Source: Nemertoderma westbladi (lineage: Eukaryota > Animalia > Xenacoelomorpha). From it: DNA of 48,919 nt. The stretch covers positions 1 to 48,919 of the forward strand of contig JAUCBJ010007339.1 of NCBI GenBank assembly GCA_032718475.1, written 5' to 3'. Position numbers and translations under genes: made by a program. Positions within the stretch are counted from its first letter, which is position 1, and each line of letters starts with the position of its first letter. The notes under the pieces were generated by a model. The model was not told where the DNA came from and did no database searches. It was given only the letters and a program-made list of their open reading frames with translations. Positions 37,736 through 48,919 of this stretch are shown in pieces.

Positions 37736-38076
37736 CGCCAGCCAACCGTCAAGCCGGTTGACAGACCTTGTGTGGTCACTAGTTAGATCACACCGGGTGA
37801 CGTCATACTGCTAGGTGTAAGACCGGTCCCCCGGTGAGCAGGGATCAGACTATCTGGATTACCTGGCTCTGCACACTTGCGGAGCTGTATCACCCTTACC
37901 CTGACTGCTGGATAGCAGACCTGCTCTGTTACCGTGATACTGCTTATGTGTATGACCGTATTGCTACTGTAGCCATTTACCTATGTTATATGTAACATTA
38001 TTACCCGGTATCAGTTATACGTTAATACACCAGTTACCTACGTGTCCGCGACACTTGTTCCTTTTACCCTCTGGCG
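37736..38076 (+). repeat. 5' LTR (CGCCAG...CTGGCG)
   Basis: About 94% identical by eye to 43293-43632. Confidence 0.95.
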
Positions 38077-38317
38077 TGGTGGCAACGTTTCGGAGTTCGA
38101 TTCTCACTCCTCAGCCTGTCAACAGCAAGTCAGAGTCGCTACACGTTCTCTTCACCAGGCGACCCGGGGTCAGAGCTCCCTCTGTCGCCTTCCTGCTATC
38201 CAGTCAGCCATTACCAGATTACCGGTACCTACTGGCGATCCACCCACCAGTTAGGCTACTACTTACCTAACCGGTACTGCGGACTCACGCAGTACCCAAC
38301 CCGATCCACCATTCACC

Positions 38318-41300
38318 ATGGCGAATCAACACCTAAAGGCTCCACGCTTAGTTAAACTCACTACTCAGGAATCCATCACGTCATTCGAGTCCTGGCGCCA
38401 GACGTTGATTTATAGTCTGTCCCTCGACCCAGAGTTCGCGCGGTTTACCGCCGCTGGCGCAGTATGGGAGAAGGCTTCCCCTGCGAGTCCGACCCGGGGT
38501 CTCGTCGACGACGCCGCCGGTGTTCCGGACGCCCAACGACGTACCGCGCAGCAACAACTCGTCTCCCTCGAGTTCATGCTGGGCCAAATCGCCAATTACG
38601 CGCAGGTTATCGCGCGTAACACCATCGTACTAAAATCTACATCTCTTTCATACGTCTGGCAAGCCCTCCGATTACATTACGGTTTTCAACGGACAGGCTC
38701 CCACTTCCTAGATCTCTCCACCATCCACCTCGAACACGAGGAACGCCATGAAGACCTTTTCCAACGTCTCGCAGCGTTCTTTGATGACAACCTCCTCTCA
38801 CCCCTCGGGGGCATTACCCACCACGGCGAGCTCCCCGCCGCCGCCGAGGAGATCTCCCCCACGGTGGAGAACTTCCTCGTGTTGACTTGGTTACGTCTCA
38901 TCCACGAGGACTTACCGGCGTTGGTTAAGCAACGATATGGCTGCGAACTTCGTTCCCGCACCTTGGCTTCCGTCAAGGCCGAGATCAGCCAGGCGATGCC
39001 GTCCCTCTTGGAGGAGCTCCGCGTGTCAGCCGACGTGCGCACGTTCCGCTCCCAGACGACGGAGGTCGCCCCGCGCCACCCGAACCGTGCGCGCCAGCTG
39101 GACCGCCGTAGTTTACAACACCGCACACGACCTGCCCGGATTTGCCCCCTGTGCAAGCAGGCGCAACGCAAGGACTTCGACCACTTCCTCAGTACCTGCC
39201 CGTTCCTCCCCGATCAGGATAAACAGTTCCTCGTCCGGACTCGCGCCGTCGATATCGCCGATTCCGCCAGTTCCAATGACGAGTTCGAGCCCCCCGATGA
39301 TTCCCCAATGAGTTACAACCAACCACCAGCGGCCCGCCGAGTCGCTGTGATGCGTTCCCCCGTCTTGGAAGCCGATTATCAGTCCCGTCCACTTCGATTG
39401 CTACTCGACAGTGGCGCAGAATCCGATCTCATCCGGGAGGCGTTCGCCCGCCAGCTGGGCGTCCATATCTCCCCGAGTAGTTGCCAGGTTCCCGAACAGG
39501 CCGATGGACAGTCTAAGATGAAGGTTACCGGCGAAACGCGTTTTGTCGTCCACCGTGGCTCGATCCCCTTCGAGTTTAACGGTCTCGTCGTCCCGGAGCT
39601 CGGATGTCCCATCATTTGTGGAATGCCGTTCCTATACCGCAATGATATAACGCTACGTCCCGCCCATATGACGATTACCCTACCGGACGGCACCACAATA
39701 CCCTTCGGAGGCCAGCACTCAACCTCCACGCGCCCGCGAAGACCCGAGTCCACACTGGTACGTGCATCTACCCGGTCCGTCGTAGTCTGGCCAGACGCGG
39801 ATCTCACTCTACCGGTAGCGAGTACCGTGCCCCTCTTACTGGCACCCCACCATCCATCTACGTCTCCGAATGAGCCCTGGTTCCAACCGTTCCTTGCCGA
39901 CGTGTGCGACGGTTCCGTCGCCATCCGCAACGTCACCCAGATCCCCGTCAGGATCAAACGGAACTCTCACGTTTGCTTGGCAACACCCATCCAACCGGCG
40001 GCAATACCGACCGCTGCCGTTGACACAGTCCCACTGCCTGCACCGCGCTCTACCCGTCGCCCCAACCCCCGTTCCGTCGACGGCGTACGCTTAGACCCCG
40101 ACAACATCCTCACCAGCGCTGAACGCTGCCAGTTTTCCGACGTCCTCGCCGCGCACTCCACGGTATTCGAAGCCGAGTACCCCGGATACAACGGCGCCGC
40201 GGGCCCCTACGAAGCTGTTGTCAAAATGGGACCAACTCTACCCCCTCAACAGAAAGGACGCGTACCCCAATACGGCCGCAACCGCCTCGTCGAGTTGCAG
40301 GACCGGTTCGACGAACTCGAACAACGCGGTGTCTTCGCTACACCCGAACACGCAGGGGTACATGTGGAGTACCTCAGTCCCTCCTTCCTCGTCGCCAAAC
40401 CCAACAGAGGAACTTGTCTCGTTACAGCCTTTAACAAGATCGCCCGGTATGCTAAACCCCAGCCATCACTCATCCCTAGTGTCGAGTCTACCCTGCGCGA
40501 AATCGGCTCCTATAAGTTCCTCATCAAAACCGATTTAACGAGTGCGTTCTACCAGATCCCCATTAGTCGCAACTCCATGAAGTTCTGCGGTGTTGTTACA
40601 CCGTTCCGCGGCGTGCGAGTCTATACCCGCTGCGCCATGGGTATGCCCGGATCCGAGACCGCCTTGGAAGAACTAATGTGCCGTGTCCTTGGAGAACTTA
40701 TCAAGCAGGGCGCCGTCAGTAAACTCGCAGACGATTTGTATTGTGGCGGCAACATGATAGACGAATTAGCTGCCAATTTTAACACGCTACTCACAGCCCT
40801 CGCACGCTCTTCTTTACGTTTATCCCCCAAGAAGACCGTCATTTGCCCGCATTCCACTACCATTCTTGGCTGGCAATGGACTGCTGGCTCCCTGACCGCG
40901 TCGTCTCATATCGTTTCAGCCCTCGCAACATGCGATAAACCTGACACTGTCCAGTCCCTCCGTTCCTTCCTGGGATCGTATAAAGTCCTCGCGCGCGTTC
41001 TTCCCCATTGCGCAGCACTTCTCTCCGACCTCGACAAACTCGCAGTCGGCGCTTCCGCCGATATCGTTCAGTGGACGGATCCTTCGACTTGTGCATTCCA
41101 GCGCACTCAGGCCGCCCTGAAAACATGCCGTACTGTGGTTCTCCCACGGCCCTCCGACGAGCTGTTCATCGTCACCGACGCCGCCTCCAGCGTCGATGGA
41201 CTCGGCGCTGTCTTATATATCCGCCGCGAGTCGAAACTCCTCGTCGCCGGGTTCTACTCCACGAAGTTGCGAACCCATCAACGTATGTGGCTTCCTTGCG

Positions 41301-41662
41301 AATTGGAAGCACTCGCCATCGCCGCAGCTGTTCATCACTTCGCTCCCTATATCACTCACACTACTACCCGCACGTCCGTTGTCACCGATAGTAAACCCTG
41401 CGTCCAGGCGTTCGCTAAACTTACTCATGGGGCTTGTGTTAATCCACAGTGCCAGGTCTGTGACTTCGTTAATCAGCTTGCCGACGAACCCATCATCCGT
41501 GCGGCGGGTCTCACCAAACACCCCCCCCCCCCCCCTCCAGCGCGTCCCTTGTACGCCACCCGTAGTACCTGGCTTGTCACCCAGCAGGAATGCGCATCTA
41601 TCCGTCGCGCCAAGGCGCACCTCGTGTCCCTCCAAGAAGGAGACAACCATCCGCGACGTTAA
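38318..41662 (+). CDS. Gag-Pol polyprotein (Gag, protease, RT, RNase H)
   Basis: CPLC...H....C knuckle; LLDSGA; KTDLTSAFYQI; MGMPGS; KLADDL; LRSFLG; IVTDA; CELEALAI; VTDSKP. Confidence 0.93.
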   Translation: MANQHLKAPRLVKLTTQESITSFESWRQTLIYSLSLDPEFARFTAAGAVWEKASPASPTRGLVDDAAGVPDAQRRTAQQQLVSLEFMLGQIANYAQVIARNTIVLKSTSLSYVWQALRLHYGFQRTGSHFLDLSTIHLEHEERHEDLFQRLAAFFDDNLLSPLGGITHHGELPAAAEEISPTVENFLVLTWLRLIHEDLPALVKQRYGCELRSRTLASVKAEISQAMPSLLEELRVSADVRTFRSQTTEVAPRHPNRARQLDRRSLQHRTRPARICPLCKQAQRKDFDHFLSTCPFLPDQDKQFLVRTRAVDIADSASSNDEFEPPDDSPMSYNQPPAARRVAVMRSPVLEADYQSRPLRLLLDSGAESDLIREAFARQLGVHISPSSCQVPEQADGQSKMKVTGETRFVVHRGSIPFEFNGLVVPELGCPIICGMPFLYRNDITLRPAHMTITLPDGTTIPFGGQHSTSTRPRRPESTLVRASTRSVVVWPDADLTLPVASTVPLLLAPHHPSTSPNEPWFQPFLADVCDGSVAIRNVTQIPVRIKRNSHVCLATPIQPAAIPTAAVDTVPLPAPRSTRRPNPRSVDGVRLDPDNILTSAERCQFSDVLAAHSTVFEAEYPGYNGAAGPYEAVVKMGPTLPPQQKGRVPQYGRNRLVELQDRFDELEQRGVFATPEHAGVHVEYLSPSFLVAKPNRGTCLVTAFNKIARYAKPQPSLIPSVESTLREIGSYKFLIKTDLTSAFYQIPISRNSMKFCGVVTPFRGVRVYTRCAMGMPGSETALEELMCRVLGELIKQGAVSKLADDLYCGGNMIDELAANFNTLLTALARSSLRLSPKKTVICPHSTTILGWQWTAGSLTASSHIVSALATCDKPDTVQSLRSFLGSYKVLARVLPHCAALLSDLDKLAVGASADIVQWTDPSTCAFQRTQAALKTCRTVVLPRPSDELFIVTDAASSVDGLGAVLYIRRESKLLVAGFYSTKLRTHQRMWLPCELEALAIAAAVHHFAPYITHTTTRTSVVTDSKPCVQAFAKLTHGACVNPQCQVCDFVNQLADEPIIRAAGLTKHPPPPPPARPLYATRSTWLVTQQECASIRRAKAHLVSLQEGDNHPRR

Positions 41663-42834
41663 GCGGTACATCGGCTGCGCGTCCGTCGCCATGGACGGAC
41701 TCCTCGTTGTTCCTCGACACACCGCATTCTCGACTCCACGGGAAATGATCATTGTCCCTCGCCATGCGCTCTCTGGTCTCCTTACGTCACTGCACCTCGA
41801 GTTGCAGCACCCGTCGCGTACCCAGCTGCGCGTTATGTTTCTGCGGTACTTCTACGCCCTCGACATGGAAGAAGCCATCACATCCATCCACTCGCAGTGT
41901 GCCCAATGCGCCGCTCTGCGTTCCGCCCCACGGCGATCCATCGAGCAGTCGTCCGGTGACCCTCCGGCCGCCATCGGAATCGCATTCGCTGCCGATGTCA
42001 TCCGTCGCCATCGACAGTTAATCCTCATCCTCCGCGAAACCGCCTCGTCGTACTCCGCTGCCATGTTCCTCTCAGATGAACAACACACAACGTTGCGGGA
42101 TGGCCTCCTCAGTCCTCACATTGTGCGTCGGTGTGTGCCCCCTTAGCAGCCCCCACGCAGTCATCCGTACCGATCCCGCACCCGGATTCCGTGCGTTAGT
42201 TGGCGACAAGGTTTTATCCGCCCACCATATCCGTATTGAGTTGGGTCGCGCCAAAAATAAAGACAAAAATCCGGTCGCGGAACACGCCGTACGCGAATTA
42301 GAAGATGAGCTCCTTAAACTCCATCCCTCCGGGGACCCTACTCCGTTGTGTCTCTCGCCCTCGCCGTCGCCCGGTTAAATGAGGGTATCCGGTCGAGCGA
42401 GCGGCGTATCCGCCCGAGAAATTCTGCTCCAACGCGATCAGTTTACTGGCGCTCAACTCCCCCTCATCGATTCTGAGCTTATCGACCAGCAACATCGCCG
42501 TCGTTTGGACAATCATCCCCATAGTGCACAGTCCAAAAATCCGCATCCCAGTAGCTCCGCTAGAGATACTCCGTTAGAAGTAGGAGATATCGTCTACCTC
42601 CACGTCGATTCGCCGCAACTACAGGGCCGACCCCGGTACATTGTAGCGACAACGGACCAATCCTGGGTAAGTACAACTACACCCCCTCCGGCACCAGCGC
42701 GCTCCCCATCACCCTCTTCGTCCCTAGACGAGGTGTTCCTCGGGTTCGACGATGTGGACAACGTTCCTCCACACACCCGGCGTCCTCAGCGTCATACGCG
42801 CCCACCAGACTACTATGGGTTTCCTCCACCATGA
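41625..42834 (+). pseudogene. Frameshifted integrase region
   Basis: HLELQH...CAQC zinc finger; FAADV, IRTDP and NPVAE catalytic motifs split across frames (breaks near 41630, 42110, 42340). Confidence 0.88.
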
Positions 42835-43292
42835 TTACACTACAATACTAAAGTTTTCCTACGTGTTTATGGTATCCCGTGCGTTACAGCGGCCATTACT
42901 ATTGGCTCTTAGTTTGTTTGCTTATTTGTATCCCTTTAGTATAGTTCTGTTTTTTTTGCCAGTCTGTTACAATCCGTATAAACTCGTCGTAGTATGTGAG
43001 AAACTGACTGACCTTGCCCGTACGAAACTGAAAATAATTTAGTTAGGCGTCTTCATGCGTTGTTCATTCTATATGTAGTATTATTAGTAGGAAAGCCGAT
43101 CGGTGGTTAAATGTCCTTATTTAATTGTGCATACAGTTGTAGTATAACACGTACCGTACCTATTCGCGAGAAACTGAAAGTAATTTAGGTAAGCCTTATC
43201 ATTAGTCAATGCCGGCACCCTCTTTGTATTTTCAATTCCGAAAAGGGCAGAACTAACTATCGAAAGGTAAAGTAGAAAGAAAAAAGAGATCA

Positions 43293-43632
43293 CGCCAGCC
43301 AACCGTCAAGCCGGTTGACAGACCTTTGTGTGGTGACTAGTTAGAACACACCGGGTGACGTCATACTGCTACGTGTAAGACCGGTCCTCCGGTGAGCAGA
43401 GTCTGACTATTGGATCACCTGACTCCGCACGCTTGCGGAGCTGTATCACCCTTACCCTGACTGCTGGATAGCAGACCTGCTCTGTTACCGTGATACTGCT
43501 ACGTTGTATGACCGTATTGCTACTGTAGCCATTTACCTATGCTATATGTAACATTATTACCCGGTATCAGTTATACGTTAATACACCAGTTACCTACGTG
43601 TCCGCGACACTAGTTCTTTTTACCCTCTGGCG
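43293..43632 (+). repeat. 3' LTR (CGCCAG...CTGGCG)
   Basis: Direct repeat of 37736-38076. Confidence 0.95.
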
Positions 43633-43910
43633 CACTGTATATTATATAAAACATTTGTCATAAATAATAAAATTATTATTATAATATTGATCCCATATAT
43701 CCAATCTTACAATCTCTAAACAACCTAAGCGTAACAAACATTTTCGACAACGACGGCGACAGACGGGTCCAATAATTATAACCCTACGCTAAGGCTTATC
43801 TGGACTTACGTGGCTCGCCCCACACCCCCAAGTGGTCTGTGCCACTTGGGGCTGCATCCCCTTGATACCAGGCCTCTATCTAGCCGTATAATGTTTTATT
43901 ACTTTTTCAG

Positions 43911-44037
43911 GTTGTAGAATTTCACCATCCGGCTGATTTAAAAGGAATGTTGGATCACGATATTCCAGAGAAAGGGGAAACCTTGGAGCAGTTATTGACA
44001 GACTGCAGCGAAACCCTGAAATATGGAGTGAAAACAG
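43911..44037 (+). CDS. GAD: Glutamate decarboxylase, coding exon 5
   Basis: VVEFHHPADL...LEQLLTDCSETLKYGVKT; canonical AG/GT. Confidence 0.96.
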
Positions 44038-44264
44038 GTCAGTTATTTCTAGAGAAATCTTTAATGCCATAAACTTAACAATTTTTAAGGGTAAGATTTA
44101 AAATGGTAAAAAAAATATAACTATTCAAAAGTGGAGAAATTACCAAAAAACCAAAGCAAAAGATAGTCGTAATGGAAGTAATTTCTTAATTTAATTAAAC
44201 TTCGGGTTAAGAAAGATTACCGGTAGTAGACAGTTTAGTTTTATAATTCCAATTATTATTTTAA

Positions 44265-44462
<198 letters not shown>

Positions 44463-44631
44463 TAAAATTTACTTAGCATTTAATGTCCATTTTGAAATAT
44501 ACTGTGAATTTTGCATTAATTTGGTAAATAGGTTTAAAATGTACACAAGTACATTGTACAAGAAACATTGCAGTGATAAAATTGGGTAGGCCCTACATAA
44601 ATATATCTAAGTTGCAACAATTATACCGCAG

Positions 44632-44738
44632 GTTCACATACGAAGTTTCCCCTGTGTTTGTTCTTATGGAGAAGAGCGTCCTGAAGAAAATGAGAGAGTT
44701 GGCCGGTTTCCAAGATGGCGATGGTATTCTTTCTCCTG
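44632..44738 (+). CDS. GAD: Glutamate decarboxylase, coding exon 7
   Basis: [35 protein letters not shown]. Confidence 0.97.
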
Positions 44739-45330
44739 GTACGTTTCACTGCCGACAATTTATAATAATTTTCCAAATATAGTTTTACAACAGGTATAAT
44801 TATTGTTATATTAAGATGAAACAAATGCAAATAACTCTTACCGGTTGGTTTAATAATAATATAAATTTATGTAATATTACTTGAAACGTCGAAATCGTCG
44901 AAGTTAAAGAGATAAAAATGTTGAATATTAAGTAATATAAAGTTTTGTTAAACCCTTTATAATACAGAACGCCATCAAGATGGCTTTTAAACGAACCTGT
45001 CTTAAACAAACTCCAAGAAACATATGGGATTGGAAGATGCAAACCAAGAATGACTTGCATCAACCAGAAAACTGCATCACATCTAATGTAATAAACAAAT
45101 CATAATAACAATTACTGCAATGTGTGAAATGTTATCCATATCTGCAACCTGCGAAACGGCCCAAAAGAGCAGTTTACTGTATTCTGCGGAGGGGTCTTTC
45201 TGTATTAGATTAATAAAATAAAGAACACTAATTATTTATACCTAATACATTCTCAGTTAGCCTAATAAAAACATCGGAAGCAACCAATATAATGTACATG
45301 TACAAGCCTCCTATGATAGTTTGTATTCAG

Positions 45331-45390
45331 TTAAGAGGGTCTTCACCACCGGCTATACCGGTGTATAGCCGGTGGTGAAGACCCTCTTAA
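45331..45390. repeat. Perfect 28-bp-arm hairpin bounded by TTAA (possible tiny Kolobok-like MITE)
   Basis: TTAAGAGGGTCTTCACCACCGGCTATAC-cggt-GTATAGCCGGTGGTGAAGACCCTCTTAA. Confidence 0.9.
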
Positions 45391-46803
45391 ACTTAATTAA
45401 AATGTCTTATACACCCCGAATAACGGCGTTCTATAGCAAACTTATGAAAGTTTGTGATCTCTAAGTCTACCCAACAGCCGTTGGTACCTGGCTGGCACCC
45501 TGGGTTCAGTTTTCTGGTTTTGTTAGTTTAATTGACAGCTGTTGTAAACGTCCCAGATATACAAAACCTACTAAGCCTTACATTACAATTGAGCTTAGCC
45601 TGAGTTGATGACAGTATTATTACGATGACAATAGGCCCTATAGATACATACGATATATAAATGATGTACTGTTTGACATTACGCTAACTGACTGAATGGA
45701 GATAGAACTACTGTATAATAATATAATAATAATGTAGTACGTAACTCAAATAAACAATAAGTAGTGAAATGTTGTTCAGCTGACAAAGTGTAGCTGTGGG
45801 TATTTAATTTCGCGTTCCATAATGTTGATAATATGCTAATATTTCGAATATCGCACATCGAATCGTTCGCAACTTTTTTATTCAACAACTAGATACTAAT
45901 TGATAAATAGTCGCGTTTACAATTTTCCAATACATGCAAGTAGTATGAAGTCATTTGGTGGTTATACAAACATACATACTGTACATCCATCCATCGTGTT
46001 TTTGCCCGCCCCAGCTTTAGACAAAAACTACCCAGTCTAAAGACATTGAAAGCGGGCATTTGAATTTTGAAGTGCCTCCTTCAGGTCGTAAGCGGTTAGA
46101 TGGAGTTTTTTATACACAACAATTAAAAAAAACATGTGACCCTGATGTTGCATGCATTCAGTGATCAGCTGGCGGCACTTTAATTGGAATGTCCTCATTC
46201 AACTAACTGAGGTAACATTGAGATTAAGAGATAGCAGAATGCTTGTATTGTAACTACTGTATATCTTACATTACTTACCGGTACTGTAATAGGGGGTGGT
46301 GTTTACAATTATTTCCAATTAATTTTTACTGAAGAAGAACCGCTCCAGGAAACCCCAATCGTCCCATACAGGCAGTATCAATGCCACTGTTTTTACCAGG
46401 TCGTATTTTTCACATATGAAACTGCAGCATTACTACAGTCTCAAGTAGCGTAAATCAAATCTGTAACTCATTTCATATTCAAAGGTATGTCCTTCCTTAC
46501 TGAATGCCAACTGTCATTCAAATCCAATTTAATGAACTTTTGCTTCGAAAATATACCGTCGCTTAACTTCATTATTGATAATTAAATTCGGACATCAAAG
46601 TTGAGAAACAACAATTTTATATTGATTTCTTATTTATTTCTCGTTGGAGTTCGTCGTTCTGAATCACAACAAAATGTTTATTAGAAAGATTCTGATATGA
46701 ATCAATGTAAGGCTGTAAGGGATGTAAAGGATGTAAGGCTCAATTATTTATAGCAGAAGTAAAATCTGTACGAAATGAAACATGGGTTTGTCTTGAACAT
46801 TAA

Positions 46804-47086
46804 CTCCGCTTCGCAGGACATTGCTTTGGACCTTGCTTGTGCACAATCTTGTGTTTTGGCAGCCTCATGAAGAAAATAATAGTCCATGACTTTCTCAAGA
46901 CGCTTCTAAATGGACAATAGCCTTGATGATCAGATAATCTCGCGGAAGTAATGGGGGATATGGATAGCATTCATAATTGACGCTGCATTGCAGCATGCTA
47001 TGTCCATTGCGAATTGCATATAGCCGCACAAATTTGTTGTAAAAACGACGTTGTCGGGAAAGCGATTATAGTAGTAGCGGTAGTAG
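46804..47086 (+). mobile_element. Degenerate 3' fragment of the same RTE-like family
   Basis: CTCCGCTT.GCAGGACATTGC, GCACAATCTTGTG, GATAATCTCGCG, ATAGCATTC.TAAT and the (GTA)n tail match 27113-27463. Confidence 0.8.
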
Positions 47087-47173
47087 CTACTTATTATGCT
47101 ACATCCTCACTACATCCTCACTACATCCTCACTTGTGTATTATAATTATTTACATTGTTTCTTGTATTTGTAG

Positions 47174-47289
47174 GCGGTGCAATCTCGAATCTTTACGCGG
47201 TGAATGCAGCGCGACACAAACATTTCTCCCAGATTAAATCCAATGGATGTCTTAGCGTCGGGGTACTTACGGTATTCACATCGGAGCAG
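47174..47289 (+). CDS. GAD: Glutamate decarboxylase, coding exon 8
   Basis: GGAISNLYAVNAARHKHF...VFTSEQ. Confidence 0.97.
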
Positions 47290-47523
47290 GTAAAATATAT
47301 CGGAGAAAGATAGAGAATATAGAATAAGTATTCGATGCATCGAAAACGATGTAGCATTGAATACAGAATCCCCAAAAGTTAATAAAAATTTAAATATGAA
47401 GCTATAATTGCGCATTCTATTAGGCTACTTGTATTATCCATTGGTTATTTAAACTCAAGAGCTACTGAAAGTAGATATATTACTATATAGCTGCATTTGT
47501 TTTAAATTATTCTATTCTCTTAG

Positions 47524-47660
47524 GGCCATTATTCTATCCGGGCAGCTGCAGCTCTTATGGGAATCGGGGCCAACAATTGTATCACAATCAAGTGCGACAT
47601 CGATGGTAAAATGATTCCCAGTGACTTAGAAGACAAAGCTTCCGAAGTGAAAGCTAAAGG
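47524..47660 (+). CDS. GAD: Glutamate decarboxylase, coding exon 9
   Basis: GHYSIRAAAALMGIGANNCITIKCDIDGKMIPSDLE...AK + GG|GTTAGT. Confidence 0.95.
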
Positions 47661-47966
47661 GTTAGTTTAGTTTCCGTACTTGGAGCAAATATGTTCTTTT
47701 TATCCTGGGCTGTTGCTGGAGTTTAAAGGTTAGTTACATAGTTTATCTTTTGCTATTTATAGCTAAAGCAAAGAAATAGTTGTAATTTACCCTAGACTGT
47801 AGCTTGTGCTAAGGGGTTTTTAGATTTCATAAATTGGTATTGTATATCATTGTTCTCATATTGTTCTCATGTGTTGCCATATTGTTCTCTGTTATATGAC
47901 ATGTATTTTGCTTTATATTATTGTATTATATCATATTTCACAATGTTGTTATTTATTGATCCTTAG

Positions 47967-48081
47967 CAACCATCCTTTCTTTGTGTGCGCTACAGCCGGC
48001 ACTACAGTACTCGGTGCATTCGACCCCATTCCGGAAATATCCAAGATCTGCAAAAAATACAACATGTGGCTTCACGTCGAT
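47967..48081 (+). CDS. GAD: Glutamate decarboxylase, coding exon 10 (gene continues beyond the window)
   Basis: [19 protein letters not shown]...[11 protein letters not shown]|GTAAGT; the PLP-lysine exon is not in the window. Confidence 0.97.
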
Positions 48082-48919
48082 GTAAGTTGAGATTTATTGT
48101 TTGTTTCGAGGGAAATATTATTCTTATTATATATATACGATATTATATTAACAAACCGAACAGAGTAAAATAATGTTACTTCGTAAAAGGTCAATTCCAT
48201 AAGAAACTGGCGTGAAAGTTAAGAGTACACTTTCTGGCGTGTAATTTTATCATAGATTTAGAATATTATATTTAAAAGGTCACCACTGCACTAGTGCCGT
48301 TTGTAGTGATTTTGTAAAATGCCATCTCTTTTTTGAGATAAATCCTCAAAAATAAGTCGATTTATGATCCGTAATAATATCTGAAGTCCTCTGTATAAAT
48401 TGATGTTTTCGGTACCAATATAAGGTTATCTTTTACTACATCAATTAAGCTACTGTATTAAAAAGTGGTTGTGCATACTTGCTTTTAAAGAAAACTTAGT
48501 ATTAAATAAACTCTTGTAAATTTCACAAACGTACGACACTTTTTTTTACAATTTTCTTTCTATTTACACGGCCAATCAAATAGTGATGATTATGTGGAAG
48601 TTATTGTAGTACCGAACTGACAGCATCTGCTATTGGTTGTTGCTCTTGGAAACAGACATGTACAGAAGCCCTTAATAACATGCACCTTTGTTTAACAAAT
48701 ACGTCCTACACCATAAATATACCTGAAATGTGATTGGATATAAAACATTATTATTTACGGCTTACAAGGCTTTCCTTTCCTGACTATATTTGACTATTAA
48801 TTGCTAACTGTTTCATTTATTAGGCCAATGGTTTGATTTTCAAGGTCAATATAAAAGTAGTGAACGAATTCGTTTCACTGTTGTGCCGCCCCCGTAAAGT
48901 TGAGATGTTGTTAAGGCAA

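Larger units (their letters stand above)
37736..43632 (+). mobile_element. Full-length, defective Ty3/Gypsy LTR retrotransposon with 3-bp TSD (Troyka-like), in GAD intron 4
   Basis: Two ~340-bp LTRs, CAC on both flanks, PBS TGGTGGCAACG at 38077, polypurine tract ~43271-43289, gag-PR-RT-RH-IN order. Confidence 0.95.

Overview
AT-rich, intron-containing animal (probably marine invertebrate) genomic DNA; no prokaryotic features. Three host genes are supported: SmD3/SNRPD3 (+, 2 coding exons, 11376-12573), an intronless DCP1 decapping activator (-, 22285-23841) with an internal 14-aa repeat expansion, and the first 10 coding exons of a glutamate decarboxylase (GAD; +, 28540-48081, continuing past the window). 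Most of the rest is transposon-derived. (1) A GC-rich LTR-like element (250-4535, -) carries a broken long ORF joining coiled coils, a WRN/EXD-type DEDDy 3'-5' exonuclease-like domain and three CCHC knuckles. (2) A 5'-truncated CR1/L2-group LINE (17335-20503, -) has an ~85-bp flanking duplication and is interrupted by a 316-bp insert containing an intact minimal type I hammerhead ribozyme. (3) A full-length Gypsy element with CG...CG LTR ends, a 3-bp TSD and an LADD RT motif (37736-43632) sits in a GAD intron. There are also hAT and RTE remnants, a tRNA-derived SINE, several MITEs and palindromes, a minisatellite and a fold-back satellite. All calls come from reading motifs by eye; no searches were run.
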